Notes: generated from the sequence alone by a model not told the origin. A stretch of DNA of 64,000 bases from Candidatus Marsarchaeota archaeon (GCA_023476545.1 JAMCYP010000014.1:2297-66296); one strand, 5' to 3'; positions 12,364-21,376 are shown, numbered from the stretch's first letter. Numbers and translations are program-made.

Positions 12364-12798
12364 TTAGCCGGTTACGCGGCGTTGGGACCTTATGCTTTCC
12401 TGCTCCAGGGAGAATGTGTCCAGGGTTCTCAGCAGAGATATCATGATCTCGTGGTCATTGTTTTTATCCCCGTGTGGAATCAGGACTATCTTTGCACACC
12501 CGCCTGCCCAGTCAAGATTCGCGCTGACGAAATCAAACTTACGCAAGTTGGGATCATCGACGCCTTTGATCAGCACCCTGTAGAGGCGTAGCTCTTCGGC
12601 GAGACGGAAGAAAGAGTCTAGCTGCCTGTAACCGTCCTTGTCCTTAGAGTCACCAGGATAGACTGTGAAGGTGAGCCGCTGCTTCAGGTTCCTTATGCCT
12701 ATCAGCCTGGCCTTCTTGTCCGGCGTACTTTCTACCGCCACAAACGCTTCGCTGAGCTCATGCGGGGCGTGTCCTTCCTTCTCTGCGTTAGGGCTCAT
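12364..12798 (-). CDS. Hypothetical protein
   Basis: 144-aa ORF with TATA-like TTTATAAA upstream. Confidence 0.65.
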   Translation of the reverse strand: MSPNAEKEGHAPHELSEAFVAVESTPDKKARLIGIRNLKQRLTFTVYPGDSKDKDGYRQLDSFFRLAEELRLYRVLIKGVDDPNLRKFDFVSANLDWAGGCAKIVLIPHGDKNNDHEIMISLLRTLDTFSLEQESIRSQRRVTG

Positions 12799-12861
12799 TA
12801 CCGAACCTTCTCTGTGATTTTATAAATAGTTTGGCTTGATGTAAGGTGGCTGACGTAGCGG

Positions 12862-13368
12862 TCAGCTCCTGACGCTTTGTTTTAGCGGGATGCTGATCTC
12901 GATCACTACCTTGAACTCATCGTGTGCGCCAATGGATCTGTTGTACCTTGAAGCCTTGAAGATTAGCTCCGGATTGGCCTCTGACTCAGTTGCCCACCAG
13001 AACCACATCCGTGTGTTCTCAGTGTCCATGAGAATTTGGTGCGCTTCGGTCATCCCGACAAGCTTTTGCGGGATCTGTATTGCAGATAGCTGCATGTCAA
13101 AGGGCGTATTGCTGAGCCGTTCCAGCATGCCTATGGTTTTGGCGAGTTTCGCACGTCTATCTATGCCGAGATCGGCTATGACGCTGGGATGTACTTTGAA
13201 CTCGTATATGGCCTTGTTGTCAAGCGTCTCCGCGCTGAAGTCTTGCTTGTCTGCGAACGCGAAGCGCATTGTTGCGGAGTCGGCGCCGTCTCTGGAAACC
13301 GATACCAATACCTGCTCAAGCGCTTGGGTAAAGAGCCTCCGTTCGCCGCTCTGAAGCCAGTAGTGCAT
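12862..13368 (-). CDS. Hypothetical protein
   Basis: 168-aa ORF with TATA-like TTTATA upstream. Confidence 0.6.
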   Translation of the reverse strand: MHYWLQSGERRLFTQALEQVLVSVSRDGADSATMRFAFADKQDFSAETLDNKAIYEFKVHPSVIADLGIDRRAKLAKTIGMLERLSNTPFDMQLSAIQIPQKLVGMTEAHQILMDTENTRMWFWWATESEANPELIFKASRYNRSIGAHDEFKVVIEISIPLKQSVRS

Positions 13369-13434
13369 GCTATCTGATAATGTCGGCTTACCTTCCTATA
13401 AATAGATTTCTATAATTTTTGACGTATTAACATT

Positions 13435-13755
13435 GTGAAAAACTCTGAGCTTTCACGCAAAATTGCGATTGGGAGGATAGGAAGGCTTGCCAAGCTGGCT
13501 GAGGACAGGACCTTGGAAGGCGATACGGCTTCGAGAAGGCTGGCAAAACGCTACGTTGACTTGGCTCGCAGGATAAGCCAGCACTACAAGGTGAGCATAC
13601 CCAAGGAACTGAAGCAGCGAGTATGTAGGAACTGCGGAAACTTTCTGGTGCCCGGGGTGAACTGCACTGTGAGGCTTGTAAGTTCACGCGGCTATGCCGC
13701 CTATGTGTGCGAGTGCGGTGAGGAAAGGCACATATTCTACAAGAAGGCACACTGA
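13435..13755 (+). CDS. rnp4: Ribonuclease P protein component 4 (Rpp21)
   Basis: IAIGRIGRL, AKRYVDLARRIS, CRNC...LVPG...CECG zinc ribbon. Confidence 0.95.
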   Translation: MKNSELSRKIAIGRIGRLAKLAEDRTLEGDTASRRLAKRYVDLARRISQHYKVSIPKELKQRVCRNCGNFLVPGVNCTVRLVSSRGYAAYVCECGEERHIFYKKAH

Positions 13756-14268
13756 TTACTGCTCTTCCTGAATAAGGCTCGAGACAAAATCGGCTATGTT
13801 ATCAACGCCGGTGGCTGTGACTATGTTCTTGTCCGCAACCACGAAATCCTGTGCCGGTTTGCCCCTGTAGAGTACCACCAGCTTCTCCGTCTCCTCATCC
13901 GTCTTTGCTATCTTGGCGTCCTTGATTATGTTCGCGCGGGCGACTACCTTGATCCCGTTGCCTATGCCGGCTATCTTCCTCTTGCTTTCGTGGAAAGCCT
14001 TGAGAAGATCCAGGAGGGGCCTATAATCGTAGAGCTTAAGCGAGTCCACCCCTGGGCCGTCGGCTACCAGAATGGCGTCGAATGTGTTGGGCTCAAGAGC
14101 CTGGGCCTCTATCTGCGGCTTGACAACCGCGCCGTGGTATCCCGTGCACGGCTTCAGGGAGAGGCTGGCAATCTGCGTCTCTACATCCTTCTTTCCCAGA
14201 AGCAGCTGCAGGTGCGATACCGTCTCGTCCTTGAAATCGCGTGGTGCAATGAGAATCGCTACTCGCAT
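13756..14268 (-). CDS. DJ-1/PfpI family protein lacking the catalytic Cys
   Basis: MRVAILIAPRDFKDE, FDAILVADGPG, VADKNIVTA; the AICHG nucleophile elbow reads GIGNG. Confidence 0.85.
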   Translation of the reverse strand: MRVAILIAPRDFKDETVSHLQLLLGKKDVETQIASLSLKPCTGYHGAVVKPQIEAQALEPNTFDAILVADGPGVDSLKLYDYRPLLDLLKAFHESKRKIAGIGNGIKVVARANIIKDAKIAKTDEETEKLVVLYRGKPAQDFVVADKNIVTATGVDNIADFVSSLIQEEQ

Positions 14269-14311
14269 TCTATCATGGTTATTTGTCTATAAAAGAAAAT
14301 AAAGCTTGCCG

Positions 14312-16111
14312 TTACTGCTGCCTTGGCCTCTGTGCAGGCTGTGGCTGCTTGGCACCTTGGTTTGGAACCAGCCCCTTTCTGTTCCTTTCGAACACATAGA
14401 TGAAGATTCCGGCAAGTACGAGAAGCTCTATCACGTTCAGGGGCGATAGGATCGATATCCTTGATGCAACGCCGTTGCTTACTATCGCGCTGCCCTTCAT
14501 GAGGAAGTAGGTTGCGGTGGCATTGGCAAATCCATCGGGAACGTCGTTTATCGTGAGCATGCCGTCAGGTCCGGAGTACATGGTGGTTTGGGTTCCGTTC
14601 TTGAACGTGATGGCCACAGACGCGTTGATCGGAAGGCCAAAGAGCCCCGTGGTTCTTAGTGTCACGTTGTATATTGGCAGAGGTACGTTGACCGCCTCAG
14701 GGGAATCCTGAGTGACGTCGGTGCTTGCCGCAATCCACACTCCTTTGTAGAATGCTCCAGAGATGACCGCGGTTGAGTTGGCCTCGAGGAATGGAGTGGC
14801 GTTGACCTGCTGACCGTTGACTAGGTACTGGGAGACGTTGACTCGTTGGCCAGATGAGTCTACACCGAGTAGCTCGCTCTGGTACTGCCACAACGCGCTT
14901 ATGTTGAGCGGGCCGTGCACCAGCGTCTGGTTTGCGGTTCCAGTGGCTCCATTGCTCCACTTCTCGAACCTGAAGGGCTGCGCTCCGTTGCGCAGGAATG
15001 TTGAGTTTGCTATGCTGAACTTAACCTCGCTGCCGTTTGCGTACCATCCAGCACCGCTTGCGAAGCTGTACGGCGAGTTGACGTTCACCCAGTACTGCTT
15101 CTGCCAGTTTGCCGTCTCGGTGATGTTGGCGGTCATGAGCAGCTGGACGTTGTTCTGGCTGCCCGAATAGTATCCAAGGCCGCTGCCCGTCCACCCAGTA
15201 AACACGACACGGGTATCGTTTGTCAGGTTTATTGCTGAAGGCGCCGAAAGCTGCTGCACCGTATATGCTATGTATGATATCTTGCTTGAGAGATTGCCGT
15301 ACTTGGAGTTGATTGCGAGCGTGTATCCCAGGCTCCAGAGCTTGGTGCTGTTTGTCGATGTGGACAGGCCGGACCCCACCATGAAGTAGTTGGTCCTGGA
15401 GTCGATCTCCTGAACGCCATACGGGTTCGCCAGGTTCTTCCTGCTGCCAACGCCGTAGTTGATTGTGCCGTACGCGGTCTGCACCGGCAGGAACATATCA
15501 TACTTGTATGCGGAGAGGTTCGCGAAGATCACGGGCTTCATGTACGTCTTCGCGTTGCTCGTGTTTGCTATCTCGCCTATTGCGAGAGGGGCGTATGGCC
15601 CAGAGTCTGCCGCGCCAACATTTACGCTGCCAACGGTCTTGTTGTTGAACTTGAAGTACCAAGTATTACCCAACGAGTAGAAGGAGTAGGTATTGAACGT
15701 CCCGTTGGTCCCCGCAGAGCCGTCTGGGCCCGTGGAGCCGAAGAAGGTTGAGTTGTTTCCAGGAGGGAAGTACTCATAGAACCATTCGGCATCGCCGGCC
15801 TTGACGAATGTGCTGCCGGCGCAGCCAGTCGTGGTGCATTCTGTACTGAGATTTCCCGTCTGGTTAGATATTGTGTAGCCTATCTGCAGGAATGCGCCGT
15901 TGGAAAGCGTTTCGCCGACCCAGAATGCCATAGATCCGATCGAAAGGTTCTGCGTAGTTATGGTCTGTATCTGCACGCTAGCGCCGTTGTTGCTGTTCGA
16001 ATTGCCAGCAGCCCTGGCTCCACTCTGAAACCAGTATTCTGCGTGGGCCACGCCTGGCAGTGCTAAGAATGAGACGAATACAAGCAGTACAAACAGCTCA
16101 GACTTTCTCAT
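14312..16111 (-). CDS. Secreted, C-terminally membrane-anchored surface protein with a putative glutamic-peptidase-like N domain and repeat beta domains
   Basis: Signal peptide ending AHA; AFWVG...FLQIG motif; FTGWTG...ITETANW repeat; C-terminal TM followed by a basic tail. Confidence 0.75.
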   Translation of the reverse strand: MRKSELFVLLVFVSFLALPGVAHAEYWFQSGARAAGNSNSNNGASVQIQTITTQNLSIGSMAFWVGETLSNGAFLQIGYTISNQTGNLSTECTTTGCAGSTFVKAGDAEWFYEYFPPGNNSTFFGSTGPDGSAGTNGTFNTYSFYSLGNTWYFKFNNKTVGSVNVGAADSGPYAPLAIGEIANTSNAKTYMKPVIFANLSAYKYDMFLPVQTAYGTINYGVGSRKNLANPYGVQEIDSRTNYFMVGSGLSTSTNSTKLWSLGYTLAINSKYGNLSSKISYIAYTVQQLSAPSAINLTNDTRVVFTGWTGSGLGYYSGSQNNVQLLMTANITETANWQKQYWVNVNSPYSFASGAGWYANGSEVKFSIANSTFLRNGAQPFRFEKWSNGATGTANQTLVHGPLNISALWQYQSELLGVDSSGQRVNVSQYLVNGQQVNATPFLEANSTAVISGAFYKGVWIAASTDVTQDSPEAVNVPLPIYNVTLRTTGLFGLPINASVAITFKNGTQTTMYSGPDGMLTINDVPDGFANATATYFLMKGSAIVSNGVASRISILSPLNVIELLVLAGIFIYVFERNRKGLVPNQGAKQPQPAQRPRQQ

Positions 16112-16916
16112 TGTCAAGTCCTATTTCATTTAACTTCTTAATTGTTTGCTCCTTCATCGTCGCGTTTAGGCTCTTCCAGTCTATCACCGCGGTTTCCGGT
16201 TCGATGTCTGACCTTTCCAGAGTCTGCGCTAGCACGTCAAGATTGTCTGTGCCGTCTTCGTTCAGTATCGCGTACTTAGGCATTATGTGAGTGAAGGCGT
16301 ATCCTTTGGAAAGCGCTAGCCCCGAAAACTTCTCAGGGTAGTGGTTGCTGCCTATTCCGATCGCCGTCTTCTGCGGGATGGCATCTCCATCAATCGCATC
16401 GGTGATGGCGCCCATTGTTGCATCCGCGACAAGTGCTGCGGCCGCACTGCTTTCTATCATTGAGTCACTGCCGCCGCTCTCGGCGAAGAGGCAGGGGGTC
16501 TTGAGGAGGGGTCCGTGGTGCGTGGCCTCGAACGTCTTCTCTACTTGTTTGTCTATGGCGCTGATTCTTTTCAGAACCGCAAGCATTAGCGATGACGCAG
16601 CCCACGAAAGCTGCTTGGGCTTTCCTCCAAAATCCGCGCTGCCTCTCCAATTTCCCAGAGAATGCGTGGTGAACGCGTCAACCGCGGCTTCGCTCTTGTG
16701 TCTGCTGAGGAATACGAGCGCATCGCAGCCGAATTCATCTGCGAAATCCGCCATGAATGGAAGTACATCTACCTCGTAGATGCGCAGTTCGTCAGTCTCG
16801 TACCTCAGGTACTTGTGGTCTTCGATCTTCTCGAGCTCGTGTGTCTCGATTATGCGTGATGCCATGTTCGCGCCTACGACATCAAGCTTAGAATAGACGA
16901 TGCCTATCATGGACAT
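16098..16916 (-). CDS. dtdA: D-aminoacyl-tRNA deacylase (archaeal DTD2/DtdA)
   Basis: FLSRHKS, TTHSLGNW, EATHHGP, FAESG, HIMPKY, IDWKS. Confidence 0.95.
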   Translation of the reverse strand: MSMIGIVYSKLDVVGANMASRIIETHELEKIEDHKYLRYETDELRIYEVDVLPFMADFADEFGCDALVFLSRHKSEAAVDAFTTHSLGNWRGSADFGGKPKQLSWAASSLMLAVLKRISAIDKQVEKTFEATHHGPLLKTPCLFAESGGSDSMIESSAAAALVADATMGAITDAIDGDAIPQKTAIGIGSNHYPEKFSGLALSKGYAFTHIMPKYAILNEDGTDNLDVLAQTLERSDIEPETAVIDWKSLNATMKEQTIKKLNEIGLDNEKV

Positions 16917-17066
16917 GCAACGCCAGATAATGGGAGCTATGGTTTATAGTTATGGTTGGCGCTGCAGGAGTTCGTCGGCATAGAAGCATCTGCCGTGCGA
17001 GCGCTTCTGTCATCATGCTATAGCTTATATATTTATCACGTCAACAAATAATTGCAAGGGGGTCAG

Positions 17067-17813
17067 ATGTCTTTTGAGCTAAAGCTAGACAACGCCAGAT
17101 ATTGGAGAGATTGCGTTGAGGCAATCGTGAGTCTTGTTGACGAGGGCACATTCAACATAGGAAAGGAGGGAATCTCGCTGAGGGCGATGGACCCATCAGG
17201 CATAAGCATGATCTCGTTCAACATGCCGAGCAAGGCATTCTCGAAGTATGATATTGACAAGAGCGTTGATATCGGGCTGAACATAGACAACCTGAGCAAG
17301 ATAATGTCGAGGACAAGGGACGACGAGGCGCTGATGATAAAGGATGCAGACGGCAAGCTCCTTCTAGAGTTCATAGGCGCGAAGAGCAAGCGCAGGTACA
17401 GGCTCCACCTCATAGACGTGAGGAAGAAGGACGACAAGGAGCCGAAGGTCGAGTTCGACGCCAACGTAGAAGTGGACGGCGAGCACCTCAAGAACGCGCT
17501 AAAGGACGCATCGCTGATCTCATCGTATATCGCATTCAAGGCAGGCAAGGGCCACTTCACCATAAGCGCAAAGGGCGATTCGGGTGACCTTGAGGAGCTG
17601 AACGAGGTGGACGGCGCAGGCATAAAGAAGCTTGACGCGAGCAAGGACGCCGAGTCTGTATTCAACCTTGAGTTCCTGGAGAACATGGTGCGTTCGAGCC
17701 CGATGGGCAACGCCATCAAGCTCTCGATAAAGAGCGACCAGCCACTCAAGCTGAACTACAGCATAGGAGACGCTTCCGTAACCTATTTCCTCGCTCCGTA
17801 CGTAGAGGAGTAG
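17067..17813 (+). CDS. pcn: DNA polymerase sliding clamp PCNA
   Basis: LRAMDPS, C-terminal YFLAPY; ~248 aa. Confidence 0.98.
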   Translation: MSFELKLDNARYWRDCVEAIVSLVDEGTFNIGKEGISLRAMDPSGISMISFNMPSKAFSKYDIDKSVDIGLNIDNLSKIMSRTRDDEALMIKDADGKLLLEFIGAKSKRRYRLHLIDVRKKDDKEPKVEFDANVEVDGEHLKNALKDASLISSYIAFKAGKGHFTISAKGDSGDLEELNEVDGAGIKKLDASKDAESVFNLEFLENMVRSSPMGNAIKLSIKSDQPLKLNYSIGDASVTYFLAPYVEE

Positions 17814-17814
17814 G

Positions 17815-18267
17815 CTACTGCTTTCTTGGTTTTAGTATCACTGCGAGCTCATGAGCTGCGGCGCGAAACTCGTCCTCTTCCTCTCTTGTGTCGTATTTGA
17901 CAGCAAGCAGGCTTTCCGCCTCTGACCAGAGGCTCGGATTAAAGGTCACGCTATTGTCGAGCATGTCAAGCCCTATCTGGCCTGAAAAGACCCACATCGA
18001 GCCAAGACTACGTTCAAGATCAACTGACCACGGTGCTATTCTGGTGTCAAAGGTCACTCCTTCTAGTACCTTCGGGTGGCTCTTGCCCACCTCATAGAAC
18101 GCTTTGTGTATATCTTTCATGCTGGCATCAAACTCGTTCACTCCTTCTTGTTCCCTCACAAGCCCGAGAAGTATCGTAAATCTCTCACCGGGATACTTTG
18201 CGGCCAGCACCGTAGCCTCCAGTACTTTCGCCTCCTGTTCGGCCAGTTTCCTGCGCAATGAAACCAT
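17815..18267 (-). CDS. Hypothetical protein
   Basis: 150-aa ORF antisense between pcn and priL, with its own TTTATAA upstream. Confidence 0.65.
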   Translation of the reverse strand: MVSLRRKLAEQEAKVLEATVLAAKYPGERFTILLGLVREQEGVNEFDASMKDIHKAFYEVGKSHPKVLEGVTFDTRIAPWSVDLERSLGSMWVFSGQIGLDMLDNSVTFNPSLWSEAESLLAVKYDTREEEDEFRAAAHELAVILKPRKQ

Positions 18268-18346
18268 AGCGACTCCGTTTTACATATGGCACGCAATCTT
18301 ATATGATCTCTTATTGGGTTATAAACCTTGAATCCTACATAAAATC

Positions 18347-19267
18347 ATGCAGCTGGACAAACTCGACTTTGCCTACAAGTACCCTTTTTCCAAGGAGGCA
18401 AAGGAGGTAGTGGCGTCTCTGAACTCAACCGCGGTGGAGGCAAAGTACATCCAAGAGGGCATGTCGCAGCTCAACGGGCTCATGAAGTACGGCCGGATAA
18501 CCCACGAGAGGGCGAGGGGAATAACCGAGGTAAAGGTCAGGTACATAATGGGCTACGCGTATGCGCGCATGCTTGTGAGCGCGCTTGGGGACGGCTACTC
18601 TATATCAAGGTTCGCGGCGGCTGAGGCAGATTCATCATCGGAGTTCCTCGCACTGAGCGTTGACGACATGCTCAGGATATGCAACGAGTTTGGACTTGGA
18701 GTGGAGCGGAAGCAGGCTGAATTTCTGATAGGATTTGAAAGTTTTGTGTCTGTGCCGAAACGCGATGCTGCGGTACGGCTGATAAACCAGAAACTCTCCA
18801 AGGGCACGGTTAGCGTCAGCGTGAGCCAGCTTCTTGCCCTGGCGCGGGGTGTCATTGAGAGAGAAGTGGCCAAGGGACTGCCGATAGAGAGGAAGCTACT
18901 GCCGAAGGAGGTGGTAGAGGCCGCAAAGTCGCTGAAGCCCAAGGAGCGCAAGGCTGCCCTGGGTGCCAGAGCAGGTTCGTATGCATGGATAGAGAAGCTG
19001 TTGGCTAACCCCATAGCCGACGTGCGGCACAGGTCTGTCAACCTCATACTAGCGCCGTATCTTGTCAACGTTAAGGGCATGGACGAGGAGAGCGCAGCGA
19101 AGGTAATAATCGACTACATAGAGCGCTGCAAGCAGATCAACCCGGCAACGAAGATAAACGAGTCTTACATAAAGTACCAGTGCAAGTATGCCAAGAACAA
19201 GGGCATGAGGCCGCTTTCGCTCACAAAGGCAAGGGATCTGCTCAAGGAGGTAGCGGAATTTGAGTGA
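18347..19267 (+). CDS. priL: DNA primase large subunit N-terminal domain fused to a PriX-like C-terminal domain
   Basis: AYKYPFSKEAKE and RFAAAEA are PriL-NTD-like; C-terminal YAWIEKLL..PIAD.RHR....LAPYLVNVKG resembles PriX; no four-Cys Fe-S domain. Confidence 0.8.
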   Translation: MQLDKLDFAYKYPFSKEAKEVVASLNSTAVEAKYIQEGMSQLNGLMKYGRITHERARGITEVKVRYIMGYAYARMLVSALGDGYSISRFAAAEADSSSEFLALSVDDMLRICNEFGLGVERKQAEFLIGFESFVSVPKRDAAVRLINQKLSKGTVSVSVSQLLALARGVIEREVAKGLPIERKLLPKEVVEAAKSLKPKERKAALGARAGSYAWIEKLLANPIADVRHRSVNLILAPYLVNVKGMDEESAAKVIIDYIERCKQINPATKINESYIKYQCKYAKNKGMRPLSLTKARDLLKEVAEFE

Positions 19268-19271
19268 TTAC

Positions 19272-19427
19272 ATGGAAGTAAGGAAATCAATCGGGATGTG
19301 CCACGTCTGCGGCAGGCTCGCATCGAATTCATGCGCGAACTGCGGAAAGCTGGCGTGCGACAAGGACTTCGATTCCAGGCTCGGCATCTGCATGGCCTGC
19401 AAAAGAGGAAGGATGATGGTCAAATAG
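19272..19427 (+). CDS. 51-aa zinc-finger protein (MEVRKSIGMCHVCGRLASNSCANCGKLACDKDFDSRLGICMACKRGRMMVK)
   Basis: Manual translation; three CxxC pairs plus an extra Cys; starts 4 nt after priL; not in the ORF track. Confidence 0.85.
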   Translation: MEVRKSIGMCHVCGRLASNSCANCGKLACDKDFDSRLGICMACKRGRMMVK

Positions 19428-19448
19428 CGAATCAATTGCTTGACAGTC

Positions 19449-19925
19449 TTATTTTTTAACTGGAATGAAGATGTACTTGCTAAGCAATGCGCCAGCTAAG
19501 CCAGAAAATCCGGTGATAAGAAGAAGAGTGAGGCCCTGCCAGGCGAGGAATAGAGCTCCTAAACCTGTTAATAATGACGGCAGGATAAATCCTAGGATAG
19601 GTATGATAAAACTAGAAAGCAGCACCGACGCTTTTCGGCTTTTTGTTATTGCACCTATAGCAAGTCCGCAAAATACAGCGCCGAGTAGAAATCCAGCCAC
19701 AATACTCAACACGAGTCCTGCAAGGATGCCTAAAGCGAAGCGTCGAACATCTGCCGTTAGGTCAACTGTTCGAGATACGATGTAATACAGCAAAGATCCA
19801 AGCACTACCACAACGATAGCGATTAAAACCTGAGTGTTTAAGAGAGAATTCACGGCGCTATTTAAACTGCTGTTTTGTGGGATTACTGTTATGTTGAAAA
19901 GAGCATAGAGTAACAATGATAACAT
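19449..19925 (-). CDS. Hypothetical polytopic membrane protein, AT-rich
   Basis: Several hydrophobic segments; visibly lower GC and A/T-ending codons. Confidence 0.7.
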   Translation of the reverse strand: MLSLLLYALFNITVIPQNSSLNSAVNSLLNTQVLIAIVVVVLGSLLYYIVSRTVDLTADVRRFALGILAGLVLSIVAGFLLGAVFCGLAIGAITKSRKASVLLSSFIIPILGFILPSLLTGLGALFLAWQGLTLLLITGFSGLAGALLSKYIFIPVKK

Positions 19926-19969
19926 TCGATTTAACGTTTGAATGCAAGCATTTAAGTCTTTGGGCTGAT

Positions 19970-20236
19970 TTAGTTTTGTTGGAAATCTGATGCGCTTTTG
20001 CCGTGCGGAAACGCCTTGCCGTTTGACGCCTCTACGGGCAGACCCGTCTCTTCAGATATCTTGGCCAGTTCCGCAAGCTCTATCTGCCTGTCGGTGAACA
20101 GTTCAACGTATTCTATGTTCCCAAGCTTCGTCATCCTTACCTTGAACGTGAGCTGCTGGAACATGCCGCTGCGGTTTACGCGCAGCTTGATGCTGCCCTG
20201 TCTTATAACCTCCTCTGCCTTACTTGAAAGTTTCAT
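19970..20236 (-). CDS. Hypothetical protein
   Basis: 88 aa from ATG 20236; typical codon usage; divergent from nuoA. Confidence 0.7.
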   Translation of the reverse strand: MKLSSKAEEVIRQGSIKLRVNRSGMFQQLTFKVRMTKLGNIEYVELFTDRQIELAELAKISEETGLPVEASNGKAFPHGKSASDFQQN

Positions 20237-20301
20237 GCAATCTGTACCTGCGTTAGTTAAATGCCAACGAATATTAAGATTTTGAGCCATTACCTTATCT
20301 G

Positions 20302-20658
20302 ATGGCTGACCAATACCTGCAGATGCTAATTTTTGCCGCGATAGCGGTCTTCGTCCCCTTATCCACGCTGATGTTCTCCAAGATGGTAAGGCCTAGGAGC
20401 GACAACAATGATGTGAAGACGCTAACATACGAGAGTGCGGAGCAGAGCGTGGGGCAGAAGGTGGAGGTGATGCACGAGTACCTGCACTATTTCGTCGCGT
20501 TCTTGGCTTTTGAGATAATAGGAGTGATCGTTATAATATGGTCTACATTTGCAAGGAGCGTGCAGAGCTCAAGCGGCCAGTATATCGTGCTGCTGGTCGT
20601 GTTCGGCTTTGTGTTTGAGGTATTCCTGCTGGGAATGAGCAGGAGCAAGGTGAGATAG
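20302..20658 (+). CDS. nuoA: NADH-quinone oxidoreductase-like subunit A
   Basis: 3 TMs, KTLTYESAE loop, FLAFEI. Confidence 0.93.
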   Translation: MADQYLQMLIFAAIAVFVPLSTLMFSKMVRPRSDNNDVKTLTYESAEQSVGQKVEVMHEYLHYFVAFLAFEIIGVIVIIWSTFARSVQSSSGQYIVLLVVFGFVFEVFLLGMSRSKVR

Positions 20659-20802
20659 ATGGAAGTATTGAGATGTGGATGCAGGGTAGAAAACGGAACC
20701 TTCATAGTGGGAGACAACTGCGCGTACTGCAAGGAGTGCAACACAGTAGCGGAGCTCCACCCGTTTGGGGATATGAGGCTGGACGAACTGGAGGGGAAGT
20801 GA
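20659..20802 (+). CDS. 47-aa Cys-rich micro-protein inside the nuo operon (MEVLRCGCRVENGTFIVGDNCAYCKECNTVAELHPFGDMRLDELEGK)
   Basis: ATG immediately after the nuoA stop with GGTGA SD; ends 4 nt before nuoB; CxC...CxxCxxC...H. Confidence 0.8.
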   Translation: MEVLRCGCRVENGTFIVGDNCAYCKECNTVAELHPFGDMRLDELEGK

Positions 20803-20806
20803 GAGC

Positions 20807-21376
20807 ATGGAAGCGCCGCCTTATGAAAAGGAGAGGTTTCTCAACGCCGAGAAGGAGATGAGCGAGCTCGTGCGCGCCTCGATGTCTAAGTACGAGAGCA
20901 AGCCGAACGTTATGTTTGCAAAGCTCTCGGAGGTAAGCAAGGCGCTCTCGAAAGGGCTGGTGAACTGGTCCAGGGTCAGGTCGCTCTGGCCCCTGCAGTT
21001 CGGACTCTCGTGCTGCGCAATGGAGCTCATGGACTTCGGGTCCGCAAGAATAGACGCCGAAAGGCGCGGATACCTATTCTTCAGGGCGACGCCCAGGCAG
21101 GCGGACGTGATGGTCGTCGCTGGCTGGGTCACCAAGTCGATGGTGCCTGAGATAAAACGGCTCTATGAGCAGATGCTTACGCCCAAATACGTGATTGCTT
21201 ACGGGGAATGCGCTACTGCCGGGGGGCCCTGGTGGGAGAGCTACAACATAATCAAGGGCATAGACCAGGTGCTGCCGGTGGATGTGTACGTCGTGGGCTG
21301 CCCGCCCAAGCCCGAGAATCTTTACGCAGGGTTCATGAAACTGCAGAAGAAGATTGGTGGAGAGATTGAAGATTGA
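20807..21376 (+). CDS. nuoB: NADH-quinone oxidoreductase-like subunit B
   Basis: GLSCCAME, PRQADVMVVAG, GECA, GCPPKPE (N2 cluster ligands). Confidence 0.98.
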   Translation: MEAPPYEKERFLNAEKEMSELVRASMSKYESKPNVMFAKLSEVSKALSKGLVNWSRVRSLWPLQFGLSCCAMELMDFGSARIDAERRGYLFFRATPRQADVMVVAGWVTKSMVPEIKRLYEQMLTPKYVIAYGECATAGGPWWESYNIIKGIDQVLPVDVYVVGCPPKPENLYAGFMKLQKKIGGEIED

